Of a DNA stretch of 64,000 nt, positions 10,230 through 19,424 are shown piece after piece; within the stretch, counting starts at the first letter, position 1; each line of letters opens with the position of its first letter. The DNA lies in NCBI GenBank assembly GCA_029211085.1, contig JARGFW010000001.1, positions 35,485-99,484 of the forward strand, read 5' to 3'. This DNA comes from Deferrisomatales bacterium. Its GTDB lineage: Bacteria; Desulfobacterota; Deferrisomatia; Deferrisomatales; JARGFW01. Under the pieces are notes generated by a model, which was not told where the DNA came from, did no database searches, and saw only the letters and a list, made by a program, of their open reading frames with translations. The position numbers and the translations under genes are program-made.

Positions 10230-10658
10230 CTATTCCACCCCCATCTTCGCCAGCACCGCCAGGACCTGATCCTCGGGGAGGTAGCCTTCGTGGCGGAAGA
10301 ACTCGGTGCCATCCGCGCGCAGGAACACCTGGGTGGGAATCAGCCGCACGCCGTACTGACCGGCGACGGCGGGAATCTTGCGGACGTCGTGGAAGGTCAC
10401 CTCGACCCGGTCGGGAAATTTCTCCCGCACCGCCTGCATCACCGGCTTCATCGCCTCGCAGGGTTTGCAGCCCTCGCCGCCCAACTCTAGGAACACCACC
10501 TTCCCGCCCGCCGCAAGGGGGGGCAAGGGCGCGGGCCGCTCGACGGCGGGAGGGGCGATGGGTTGTTGGCTCCCGCTCGAGATGGCGGGGGCGAGCCCGA
10601 GCCGTAGACCACCGGCAACGACTGCCACCGCAGCCATCCCCAGGAAGGTCTTCCTCAC
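10230..10658 (-). CDS. Membrane-anchored/exported thioredoxin
   Basis: GTG start after GGAGG; N-terminal hydrophobic stretch; CKPC; IPTQVF; FFRHEGY. Confidence 0.85.
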   Translation of the reverse strand: MRKTFLGMAAVAVVAGGLRLGLAPAISSGSQQPIAPPAVERPAPLPPLAAGGKVVFLELGGEGCKPCEAMKPVMQAVREKFPDRVEVTFHDVRKIPAVAGQYGVRLIPTQVFLRADGTEFFRHEGYLPEDQVLAVLAKMGVE

Positions 10659-11065
10659 GGCCGCCCCTCCCGGCGGGTGCGGTGTTGCTGCCACACAGCC
10701 GCCAGTTGGTCTTCGGTGAAGAAGCTGTCGAAGCGGGCGATCTCCGCGCCGGCCCCATCGAACAACAGCACCACCGGCAGGGTCACCGCACGGTAGGTCT
10801 TGCCGGCGTCCGGATCCTTCGCCAGGTCGACGCGCTCATAGCGCAAGCCCTCCCCGCTGCCACCCAGGAAGTTCAGCACCTCCTGCTCTCCTGCGACGCA
10901 CAGATTGCGCACACATTCGCAGGCGTCGCTCTGGGTTACGAAGACCAGGGACTCGCTTCCCTTCGGGGCGATGGTCTCGGCCGATGCAACGACGGGGACC
11001 AGCAGCATCGCGCACAGTGCCGCCAGGAGCAGGAAGCGGATACCCAGGGTTCGGGGCTTGCACAT
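10655..11065 (-). CDS. Exported thioredoxin-fold-like protein with atypical Cys motif
   Basis: GGAGG-ATG; signal peptide; CECVRNLC; LPVVLLFD; stop overlaps next start. Confidence 0.65.
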   Translation of the reverse strand: MCKPRTLGIRFLLLAALCAMLLVPVVASAETIAPKGSESLVFVTQSDACECVRNLCVAGEQEVLNFLGGSGEGLRYERVDLAKDPDAGKTYRAVTLPVVLLFDGAGAEIARFDSFFTEDQLAAVWQQHRTRREGRP

Positions 11066-11115
11066 GACTGCTACCTCCATTGATAACGAAGAGCTTATGA
11101 CCGGACGGCCGACGC

Positions 11116-11427
11116 TCAACCCACAGCACGCATTCTTGCGCGGTGTTCCCGGCGCACCATTTCGTCCACCAGCTCCAGGATCTCGTACACCCGGGTGTCC
11201 ACCACCCGATAGAAGGTCATGGTGCCCTCCTGGCGGGACTCCAGGATGCCAGCGGCCTTCATCGTCGCCAGGTGTTTGGAGGTGTTGGGCTGGCTGCCCT
11301 CCAGCTCGGGGCAGATCCGGCACACGCACTCCTCCCCCCGGCGCAGGAGCTCCAGGATGGCGATGCGGGTGGGGTGGGCGATGGCCTTCAGGATCTCGGC
11401 ACGGCGGGGCTCTGCGGAAGCGTCCAT
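11116..11427 (-). CDS. ArsR/SmtB-family transcriptional regulator
   Basis: LKAIAHPTRIAIL, EECVCRI, SQPNTSKHL HTH. Confidence 0.9.
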   Translation of the reverse strand: MDASAEPRRAEILKAIAHPTRIAILELLRRGEECVCRICPELEGSQPNTSKHLATMKAAGILESRQEGTMTFYRVVDTRVYEILELVDEMVRREHRARMRAVG

Positions 11428-11568
11428 GGGCTCCTCCGGTTCAGTTGATAACGGGATAGTAATAGAGGTACTTCCGAATGGCAAGCTGGAATTACCCACT
11501 ATATGCGCAGGCAACGAATCTATATTCAGCGGTCACTGCCGTCTCATCCCTATTTACAAATACGGAAG

Positions 11569-11597
11569 TTGACATTCCTGGTGCGCGCGGATAGGGT
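11569..11597 (+). promoter_or_regulatory. Sigma-70 promoter of arsR-arsC-acr3
   Basis: TTGACA-17 bp-TAGGGT. Confidence 0.6.
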
Positions 11598-11602
11598 CAC
11601 AA

Positions 11603-11618
11603 ATCGCCACCAAGCGAT
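11603..11618. promoter_or_regulatory. Probable ArsR operator palindrome
   Basis: ATCGC-N6-GCGAT between the -10 and the RBS, the geometry typical of ArsR/SmtB operators. Confidence 0.6.
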
Positions 11619-11630
11619 ATGGAGGGCCGT

Positions 11631-11984
11631 ATGAAGACCTTGGCCGGTTTGCTCAAATCCACTGCCGACGAATCGCGGCTGCGCATCCTGTTCCTGCTGG
11701 AAGCAGGGGAGTTGTGCGTGTGCGATATCCAGGAGGTGTTGGGGCTCGCCCAGTCCACGGTGAGCCGGCACCTGCAGGTGCTGGAGGAAGCGGGGCTGAT
11801 CCAGGCGCGCCGTCAGGGCCTGTGGAAATACTACCGGTTCTGCGAACTACCCCGGCCCGCCGCCCAGGCACTGCTGGGCCTGGTGCGCCAGGAGGGGGCG
11901 AGGCTGCCGGAGGCTGCCGAGGTGCGGGTGAAGTTGGAGGCCGTGGCCACCCGCGGCACCTGCGGCGCCGCCGTGGCCGTGTAG
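11631..11984 (+). CDS. arsR: Arsenite-responsive repressor ArsR
   Basis: ELCVCDI metal-binding box, AQSTVSRHL HTH; heads arsC-acr3. Confidence 0.9.
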   Translation: MKTLAGLLKSTADESRLRILFLLEAGELCVCDIQEVLGLAQSTVSRHLQVLEEAGLIQARRQGLWKYYRFCELPRPAAQALLGLVRQEGARLPEAAEVRVKLEAVATRGTCGAAVAV

Positions 11985-11994
11985 GGCAGTGCAG

Positions 11995-12417
11995 ATGAAG
12001 CAGCGGGTGCTGTTCCTGTGCACCGGCAACTCTTGCCGCAGCCAGATGGCCCACGGCTGGCTGGCTCACCTGGCCGGCGACCGCTACGCCGTGTACTCGG
12101 CGGGCCTTGAAACCCACGGCGTCAACCCCCGGGCGGTGCAGGTGATGGCCGAAGCCGGTGTGGACATCTCCCGTTACACCTGCAACGCGGTGCGTGAATA
12201 CCTGGCCGAGAGCTTCGACCTGCTGGTCACGGTGTGCGGCGGGGCCAAGGAAGCGTGCCCCCTGTTCGCCGGTGAGGTGAAAGAGCGCCTGCACTGGCCG
12301 TTCGACGATCCGGCGGGTGCGACGGGGAGCGAAGAGGAGATCCTGGCGGTGTTCCGCCGGGTGCGCGACGCGATCCGCCAGCGGATCGAGACCTTTTTGG
12401 AGGAGGATGCGGCATGA
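11995..12417 (+). CDS. arsC: Thioredoxin-dependent arsenate reductase (LMW-PTP fold)
   Basis: [12 protein letters not shown]-loop, TVC...ACP, HWPFDDP. Confidence 0.95.
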   Translation: MKQRVLFLCTGNSCRSQMAHGWLAHLAGDRYAVYSAGLETHGVNPRAVQVMAEAGVDISRYTCNAVREYLAESFDLLVTVCGGAKEACPLFAGEVKERLHWPFDDPAGATGSEEEILAVFRRVRDAIRQRIETFLEEDAA

Positions 12418-13484
12418 GCGGCCTTTCCAAGCAGCTGTCCTTCGTGGACCGCTATCTCACCCTGTGGATCTTCCTGGCGATGTTCCTCGGCGTGGGAAGC
12501 GGCTACTTCTTTCCGGGCGTCAAGGACGGGATCAACTTCTTCCAGGTGGGCACCACGAACATCCCCATCGCCGTGGGGCTCATCTTGATGATGTACCCGC
12601 CCCTGGCCAAGGTGCGCTACGAGGAACTGCCCCAGGTGTTCCGCAACACCAAGGTGTTGGGGCTGTCCCTGGTACAGAACTGGGTGGTGGGACCGGTGCT
12701 GATGTTCGCCCTGGCGGTGACCGTGCTGGGCGACTACCACGAGTACATGGTGGGGCTGATCCTCATCGGCCTAGCCCGCTGCATCGCCATGGTCATCGTG
12801 TGGAACGACCTGGCCAAAGGCGACACCGAGTACTGCGCCGGGCTGGTGGCGTTCAACTCCATCTTCCAGGTGCTGTTTTTTTCGGTGTACGCCTGGTTCT
12901 TCATCACCTGGCTGCCGCCGAAGCTGGGCATCGCCGGAGCCACCGTGGACATCACCATCGGCCAGATCGCCGAGAGCGTGTTCATCTACCTGGGCATCCC
13001 GTTCCTGGCGGGCATGTTGTCCCGCTTCCTGGGCCTGAAACTCAAGGGCCGGGAGTGGTACGAGACCAAGTTCATCCCCCGGATCAGCCCCCTCACCTTG
13101 ATCGCCCTGCTGTTCACGATCCTGGTCATGTTCAGCCTCAAGGGCGAGGTGATCGTCGCCCTGCCGTTCGACGTGGTGCGCATTGCGATACCGCTCACCA
13201 TCTACTTCCTGGTGATGTTCTTCGTGTCGTTCTGGATGAGCCGCAAGGTGGGCGCCACCTACGGCCAGACCGTGACCCTGTCGTTCACTGCCGCGTCCAA
13301 CAACTTCGAACTGGCCATCGCCGTGGCGGTGGCGGTGTTCGGCATCGACTCCGGGGAGGCGTTCGCCGCGGTGATCGGGCCCCTGGTGGAGGTGCCGGTG
13401 CTGATCAGCCTGGTCAACGTGGCCCTGCGCTTCCGGGGCAGGTACTTCCCCGGTGAGAGTCGGGTCGCAGGGGCCAGGTGTTGA
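12414..13484 (+). CDS. acr3: Acr3 arsenite efflux transporter
   Basis: [47 protein letters not shown]. Confidence 0.95.
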   Translation: MSGLSKQLSFVDRYLTLWIFLAMFLGVGSGYFFPGVKDGINFFQVGTTNIPIAVGLILMMYPPLAKVRYEELPQVFRNTKVLGLSLVQNWVVGPVLMFALAVTVLGDYHEYMVGLILIGLARCIAMVIVWNDLAKGDTEYCAGLVAFNSIFQVLFFSVYAWFFITWLPPKLGIAGATVDITIGQIAESVFIYLGIPFLAGMLSRFLGLKLKGREWYETKFIPRISPLTLIALLFTILVMFSLKGEVIVALPFDVVRIAIPLTIYFLVMFFVSFWMSRKVGATYGQTVTLSFTAASNNFELAIAVAVAVFGIDSGEAFAAVIGPLVEVPVLISLVNVALRFRGRYFPGESRVAGARC

Positions 13485-13571
13485 TCCGGGTCAAGGCAGG
13501 GGAGTCGCCGGCGCGATAGGGTCGGGTAGTGTGACATCCGATTCCAGACCCCCGGCACCCCACACCCGACC

Positions 13572-14882
13572 ATGACCCAGCCCTCCTCCTCGCCGGCTTT
13601 GCGCCCACACCCCACCAAGCTGTTCGTGGAGACCACCACCCGCTGCAACCTGCGCTGCGCCATGTGCGTGAAGCAGACCGCGGACCACGGGGTGATGGAG
13701 GGAGACCTCGCTCCCGAGACCTTTGCGAGGCTGGCCCCGGCGTTTCCCCACCTGGAAGCCCTGGTGCTGTCCGGCACTGGCGAGCCCCTGCTGCACCCCC
13801 AGCTCGGGTCGTTCATCCGCACGGCAAAGACGGCCATGCCCCCCGGCAGTTGGGTGGGGTTCCAGAGCAACGGGCTGCTCCTGGACGAGGCGCGGGCGGC
13901 CGACCTGGTGGACGCAGGGCTCGATCGGGTGTGCCTGTCGGTGGACGCGGTGACGCCGGGCACCTTCGCCCGTCTGCGCGAGGGCGGCGAGGTGGGGGCG
14001 GTGGACCGGGCCCTGGCGGCGCTAGCGAGCGCCGAGAGTCGCAACGGCCATCGAGTGGACAAGGGGGTGGAGTTCGTCGCCATGCGCGACAACGTGGCGG
14101 AGCTGCCGGACGTGGTCCGTTGGGCGGCCCGGCGGGGAGCGAGCTTCGCCCTGGTGACCCAGGTGCTGCCCTACGACGAGGGCCTCGTGGCCCAGGCCGC
14201 CTACGACCCCAACACCGACCGGGCCGTGGGGTTCTTCCAGCCCTGGCAGAAGCGGGCCGCGGCTGAAGGGATCGACCTGGACCGCTACTTCCCGGTGCTG
14301 TGGAAGTACACGAAGACCCCCGAAGAGGAACGCATCATCGCGTTCGTGGAGGAGATGAAGGCGGCCGCCCACCGCCAGGAGATCTTCGTCAACGTCCAGA
14401 AGATCCTGGCCCGGGACCACGGATGGCTTCAGCGGGTAGAGGAGATCTTCGGCGCGGCGGCCGAGGTGGCTCGGCAGGAGGGGTTGGACCTGCAACTCCC
14501 CGAGGTGGTTCCCGCAGGCGAGCGCACCTGCGCGTTCATCGAAGAGGGGGGCGCGTTCATCAGCTGGGACGGCAAGGTGCACCCCTGCTACTTCCTGTGG
14601 CACGGCTACCGGTGTTTCATCAACGGCCGCGAGAAGTTCGTGCGCCCCAAGGTGTTCGGAGACCTGGCCGAACGGGCCCTGTTGGACATCTGGGGAGATG
14701 CCGCATACACGGCGTTCCGCGCCAGCGTGCTGGGCTACGACTACCCGTTCTGCTCCGACTGCAACCTGGCCAAGTGTTGTGACTACGTGACGGCCGAGGA
14801 GTTCGAGCAGGACTGCTACATCAACCACGAGCCCTGCGGCGACTGCCTGTGGTGCAAAGGGGTGTTCCAGTGCCTGCGGTGA
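13572..14882 (+). CDS. Radical SAM/SPASM protein (putative metalloenzyme maturase type)
   Basis: CNLRCAMC; SGTGEPLL; Cys-rich C-terminus CAF...HPCYF...CSDC...CCDY...DCY...CGDCLWC...QCLR. Confidence 0.85.
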   Translation: MTQPSSSPALRPHPTKLFVETTTRCNLRCAMCVKQTADHGVMEGDLAPETFARLAPAFPHLEALVLSGTGEPLLHPQLGSFIRTAKTAMPPGSWVGFQSNGLLLDEARAADLVDAGLDRVCLSVDAVTPGTFARLREGGEVGAVDRALAALASAESRNGHRVDKGVEFVAMRDNVAELPDVVRWAARRGASFALVTQVLPYDEGLVAQAAYDPNTDRAVGFFQPWQKRAAAEGIDLDRYFPVLWKYTKTPEEERIIAFVEEMKAAAHRQEIFVNVQKILARDHGWLQRVEEIFGAAAEVARQEGLDLQLPEVVPAGERTCAFIEEGGAFISWDGKVHPCYFLWHGYRCFINGREKFVRPKVFGDLAERALLDIWGDAAYTAFRASVLGYDYPFCSDCNLAKCCDYVTAEEFEQDCYINHEPCGDCLWCKGVFQCLR

Positions 14883-14892
14883 AGGCGGGCGG

Positions 14893-15786
14893 CTACTCTG
14901 CCTCCAGATACTCCCGCATCCCTTGCAGTGCGTTTCCCGTGAAATAGCTCTCGCGCGCCTGGATGTCGGGGGCCAGGGTGCGCCGGCGCGCGAACATCGG
15001 GTCGGTCGCGAGCAGTTCGGCCACCACCGCCTCGTGCCACGGCGCGGAACCGGCTTCCAGGTGGCGGCGGGCCACCGCTACCCAGTGGTCCAACTGGTCG
15101 CGGGCGGCGGCGAAGAACGGCGCGGGATCCTCCACCCGGCCCCGGTGGCCCAGGCACACGCTGTGCGCGGGAACAGCCGAGGCCGCTTCGAGGGAGGCGC
15201 GGCTCACCTCATACTGGAACCGCGGCGGGGTGGCCGGGCGCCGGTACGGCCCTTCCGGGGTGTCGAGGCCGATGCCGGCGACCTCCCCGGCGAACAGCAC
15301 GCCGCCGACCTGGTAACACAGGTGGTGGGCGGCGTGTCCGGGGGTGTCGATGGCCACCACGGTGAGTCCGCCCATCCTGCTGTTCTCTGCAAATCCAATC
15401 CGGTCCTCCGGCACCGGGGCGATGGGGCCGTAGGCCTCGGCGACCTTTCCGAGCAACTTGCGGGAGCCCCGCCAGAGTTTCTCCGGGTCCACCAGGTGGG
15501 GGATGCCCTTGGAGTGGCACAGGGCGCGGGCGGCAGGGAACCGCTCCAAAAGCAGGCCCGCGCCGCCGGCGTGGTCGATGTGGATGTGGGTCAGGAGTAC
15601 GCCGTCCAGCCGTCGCACCCCCTGGGCGGCCAGGGCGTCGAGCAGTACCGGGATGGTCGAAGCCGGGCCGGGGTCCACCACCAGGGCGCTGTCCGGCCCG
15701 CGGACGATCCAGGCACCGATGAACTCCCGGAACCCTTCGAGGGCCGGTTGGTCCAGATCGACGAGGGTGAGCTCGACGGCGGGCAT
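14893..15786 (-). CDS. Metallo-beta-lactamase-fold hydrolase
   Basis: THIHIDHAGG and TPGHAAHH motifs. Confidence 0.9.
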   Translation of the reverse strand: MPAVELTLVDLDQPALEGFREFIGAWIVRGPDSALVVDPGPASTIPVLLDALAAQGVRRLDGVLLTHIHIDHAGGAGLLLERFPAARALCHSKGIPHLVDPEKLWRGSRKLLGKVAEAYGPIAPVPEDRIGFAENSRMGGLTVVAIDTPGHAAHHLCYQVGGVLFAGEVAGIGLDTPEGPYRRPATPPRFQYEVSRASLEAASAVPAHSVCLGHRGRVEDPAPFFAAARDQLDHWVAVARRHLEAGSAPWHEAVVAELLATDPMFARRRTLAPDIQARESYFTGNALQGMREYLEAE

Positions 15787-15916
15787 GGAATCTCCGGTGC
15801 GGGGAGCGGCAATCCGGACTCTAGGCAGCGGGGCCGGCGGTGTCAATCCGCGACGACCACGGTCCCCGCCCCCTTCGGCTGCGTTCCACGGCATGTGGCG
15901 GGGCCTGGAGCGCGGA

Positions 15917-16744
15917 CTACCGGAACGCCGGGACGGTGGTCGGCAGGGCTGGAGAGACGCTGCAGCCCAGCCGGGTTTCCAGGTACGCCAGGAGTTCCGG
16001 GGAGAGCTGGGTGAACTCGAGGCCCATCCCCATCTCCCCGGCGGAGGTCCGCAACCAGCGCACCACCCCCTGGGCCTGGGCCGGGCCGAAGGTGGCGCTG
16101 ACGATCATCCGTAGGGGGGTACCGGGGGGCTGCAACTGGTCGGTGCGCAGGAACACCCCGCCGGACGACAGGTTCTCCAGGGTGGCCCGGGTGCCGCCGG
16201 GGAGAAGGAACGCAAGGCACTCCACGGTCAACCGGCCCTGCCGGCGCCGTTCCTCCCTCTCTTCCTCTCCGGGGCAGGGGCGCAACCGCGGCCCGGCACG
16301 CGCGGACGACTCCCAGGCTTTTCCGAGGGCGTGCGGCGGGGAGTCCCCTGGCGGTCCAGCCGCCGCGGTCGCCGCGCCCCCCGGCGGGCAGGCCGAGCCG
16401 CGGGGCAGCAACGGCAGCGGTGGCCGCCGCAGGACGATCTGCTCGGCCGCCTCGTCCTTGCAGGTCTGGAGCATCGTCAGCAGGGAGGAGGGCAGCGGGG
16501 TGATCTCTGCCAGCCGGCGCTCCTCGTAGGGCATCAGCCGCGCCACCGATTCGATCGCCACGTCGCACAGGGCGAGTTGGAACTCCGGATCCTTGGCGTG
16601 GCGCACGTGGTCCAGGGCCTGGCGCACGTGCGCCAGTTTCACCGCGATCTCCTCCTGGATCCCTTGGCGGCAGGCGCGGCAAAGCCCCGCGGCGTCCGTG
16701 CGCACGGCCCAACCCCGCTGGGAACAATACCTGCACCTCGCCAC
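15917..16744 (-). CDS. PilZ-domain protein with N-terminal C4 zinc-finger-like motif
   Basis: GGAGG-GTG start; CRYC...CRAC; ERRRQGR and ENLSSGGVFL (RxxxR, D/NxSxxG); GMGLEF. Confidence 0.75.
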   Translation of the reverse strand: MARCRYCSQRGWAVRTDAAGLCRACRQGIQEEIAVKLAHVRQALDHVRHAKDPEFQLALCDVAIESVARLMPYEERRLAEITPLPSSLLTMLQTCKDEAAEQIVLRRPPLPLLPRGSACPPGGAATAAAGPPGDSPPHALGKAWESSARAGPRLRPCPGEEEREERRRQGRLTVECLAFLLPGGTRATLENLSSGGVFLRTDQLQPPGTPLRMIVSATFGPAQAQGVVRWLRTSAGEMGMGLEFTQLSPELLAYLETRLGCSVSPALPTTVPAFR

Positions 16745-16812
16745 GTGCTCGCCTCCGCTTCGATGGTTCCCCGACCGGTGCACCGCCAAGCACCGGAGAG
16801 CTGCTCCGGTAC

Positions 16813-16840
16813 TGATCGGCAAGAACCAGGCACAGGCTGA
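16813..16840 (-). promoter_or_regulatory. Possible sigma-28 (FliA) promoter of the PilZ gene
   Basis: Minus strand TCAG-N16-GCCGATCA, same spacing as the MCP site. Confidence 0.4.
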
Positions 16841-17051
16841 TTTTGGCAGCGGTATCCCGCAAGCGGCTAGCCGGCGGCGCCCTCTCGCTGCCGACCCTGT
16901 TGACCGGAGGCGGCAGCAACCCTATCCTGCCGGGGCGCTCTCCCACCGGCGGCAGCGCCTGGGTGGGTGGGGGGCACACGGCCGGCCCACCGCCGCCAAG
17001 CCCGGGGCTGACCGACGGGGGGACGGGGGTGACACGGAGGCACACCTCTCG

Positions 17052-17933
17052 ATGACGACCGCCCATTTCCTGCGCCGAGTTGCCGGAGCGGCGCTTTGGC
17101 TGGCGGCCCTGGCGCCGGCCTACGCTGCCGAACCCGCGCCGACGGTGCGGTTCACCGTGATCCCCCGCTACAACCCCCTGCTGATGGTCCAGTCCTACCA
17201 GCCCATCATGGATTACCTCAGCGCCCGCACCCCCTACCACTTCGAGCTCAAACTAGCCCGGGACTACGCGGAGGCGGTGCGCCTGCTGGCAGACCGCGAA
17301 GTCGATCTGGCCAGCCTGGGGGGTGTCACCTTCATCAAGGCGTACCGCACCTTCGGCGCCGTGCCCCTGGTGCGGCCGCGCAACGCCGCGGGCCAGGCCC
17401 ACTACCGCAGCGTTGTCATCGTGCGGGCCGACAGCGACATCCGGTCCCTGGAGGATCTGCGCGGACGCAGTTTCGCGTTCGGCTCCCACCACTCCACCTC
17501 CGGCAACCTGGTGCCCCGCACCTACCTGTTCCGCCACGGCATCGGCCTGGACGACCTGGGTTGGTACAAAAACCTGGGCAAGCACGACTCGGTGGCCAAG
17601 GCGGTGCTCAAGGGCAACGTCGATGCGGGAGCCGTGAAGGACGTGATCGCCGAGCGCTACCGGGAGCACGGACTGCGCTTCCTGGCCGAGTCCGACCCGA
17701 TCCCGGCGGTACCCATCGTGGCCCATCCGGAGACCCCCGAGGGGGTGCGCCGGGCCGTGACCCGGGCCCTGCTGGCCCTGGATCCGGTGGATGCGGAGCA
17801 ACAGCGGATGATGGCTTCCTGGGATCCAGAGTTCCGCCACGGCTTCGTGCCCGCCACCCTGGAGGACTACCGCCCGATCGTGGAGATGCTGGACGCCGTG
17901 GGCAACGGTTGCGGCGAGGGCTGTCACCGGTGA
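17052..17933 (+). CDS. PhnD-like periplasmic oxyanion-binding protein
   Basis: Signal peptide; YRSVVIVR, FAFGSHHSTSG, HDSVAKAV motifs; C-terminal CGEGCH. Confidence 0.85.
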   Translation: MTTAHFLRRVAGAALWLAALAPAYAAEPAPTVRFTVIPRYNPLLMVQSYQPIMDYLSARTPYHFELKLARDYAEAVRLLADREVDLASLGGVTFIKAYRTFGAVPLVRPRNAAGQAHYRSVVIVRADSDIRSLEDLRGRSFAFGSHHSTSGNLVPRTYLFRHGIGLDDLGWYKNLGKHDSVAKAVLKGNVDAGAVKDVIAERYREHGLRFLAESDPIPAVPIVAHPETPEGVRRAVTRALLALDPVDAEQQRMMASWDPEFRHGFVPATLEDYRPIVEMLDAVGNGCGEGCHR

Positions 17934-19399
17934 GACAGCCCCTCCACGCGCGGCTCGGCATCGCCGTCAAGTTTTCGGTGTTGGCCACCCTGTTGGCGCT
18001 GCTCACCACCGCCGTGTGGGGTAGCTGGGTGTGGCAGCGGGAGCGCAGCCTGCTGGAAACCCAACTGCGCCAGAAGGGCCGCATCCTGCTCTCCTCCATG
18101 GCCATTCCGTTCATCAACGCCCTGCTCTACGAAGAGCTTGGGATCGTGGAGGAAGGGGGCCTGCTCGACAACTTCATCGCCGAGATCATGGGCCAGAGCG
18201 AGGTGGCGCCGGTGTACGCCATGGTGCTGGATCCCAACGGGGTGGTGCTGGCCCACAACGATTTCGCCGAGTACCGTCGGGTGTACGACGACCCGTTCAG
18301 CCGCGCGACCCTGAAGGCGGCGGAGTTCAGCATCACTCCGACCCAGCGCGGTGAAGAGCCGATCTGGGATCTGGCCCAGCCGCTGGCGGTGCACGGCCGA
18401 CACTGGGGCGTGTTGCGGGTGGGCCTCTCCCTGGAACCCCTCAACCACTCCTTGGCGCAGTTGGCACGCCAGCTTGCGGTGTTCGGCGCCGCGTACACGG
18501 CGCTGGCCATGGCGTTGTCCATCCTCATCGGAACCCGGCTGGCGCGGCCCCTGCTACAGCTCGGCGAGAACATGGAGTCGGTGGGCGGCGAGTTGCCCGA
18601 ACCGGGCCCCCCGTCCCAACGCAAGGACGAGATCGGCGACCTGGAGCGGGCGTTCAGCGCCATGGTCGAGCGCCTGCAGCGCAGCGAGGCCGAGCGCCGC
18701 GCCGCGGTGGACCGGCTGATCGAGGACGAGCGCCTGGTAGCGGTGGGGGAGACCGTGGCCGGGGTAGCCCACGAGGTGAACAACCCCCTGGCGGCCATGG
18801 AGGGCGCGGTGTACCGCCTGGAGCAGGGCGCCGACGCGGAAGACGGGCGCTACCTGCGGATCCTCAAAGACGGGTTGGAACGCATCTCGCGGGTGATGGG
18901 GCAACTCCTGGACCTGTCGCGCTCTGGTGAACTGCAGTTGGCCCAGGTGGATCTCCCCCAGTTCTGCCGCGACACCGAGCTGTTCGCCAAGGTGGCCGTG
19001 AAGAAGAACGCGCGGTTCGTCCCCAGTCGCGAAGTGCCCGCCCTGCGGGTGGGCCTGGATCGGATCAAGATACACCAGGTGCTGCTGAACCTGTTCGTCA
19101 ACGCCTCGGACGCCGCCGGCGCGGGTGGCACGGTGCAGTTCGCGTGCGCCGTGGACGCCGCGACCCTGCGCTTCACGGTCTGCGATGATGGCCCCGGGGT
19201 TCCCAGGGAGATCGCCGAGCAGATTTTCGAGCCGTTTTTCACCACCAAGCCAGCGGGCCAGGGCAGCGGCATGGGCCTGTCGGTTTCCCGACGCATCGCC
19301 GAGAACCACGGCGGCAGCCTCACCCTGGAGCCCTGTTCCCAGGGCGCCTGTTTCCTGTTGATCCTGCCCCTCCGCATCGGCGCCGCGGTGGTGGGGTAG
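17930..19399 (+). CDS. Membrane sensor histidine kinase (HAMP-HisKA-HATPase)
   Basis: GTGA overlap; H box AHEVNNPL, N box NLFVNA, DDGPG, FEPFFTTK, GSGMGL. Confidence 0.92.
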   Translation: MRQPLHARLGIAVKFSVLATLLALLTTAVWGSWVWQRERSLLETQLRQKGRILLSSMAIPFINALLYEELGIVEEGGLLDNFIAEIMGQSEVAPVYAMVLDPNGVVLAHNDFAEYRRVYDDPFSRATLKAAEFSITPTQRGEEPIWDLAQPLAVHGRHWGVLRVGLSLEPLNHSLAQLARQLAVFGAAYTALAMALSILIGTRLARPLLQLGENMESVGGELPEPGPPSQRKDEIGDLERAFSAMVERLQRSEAERRAAVDRLIEDERLVAVGETVAGVAHEVNNPLAAMEGAVYRLEQGADAEDGRYLRILKDGLERISRVMGQLLDLSRSGELQLAQVDLPQFCRDTELFAKVAVKKNARFVPSREVPALRVGLDRIKIHQVLLNLFVNASDAAGAGGTVQFACAVDAATLRFTVCDDGPGVPREIAEQIFEPFFTTKPAGQGSGMGLSVSRRIAENHGGSLTLEPCSQGACFLLILPLRIGAAVVG

Positions 19400-19424
19400 C
19401 CACCGTGCGAAGAGGCCTTTTCCC

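Noticed and set aside
13476-13530. Selenocysteine readthrough at the Cys-UGA end of acr3
   Set aside because: Acr3 is already full length, the extension looks non-protein-like and no clear SECIS hairpin is seen
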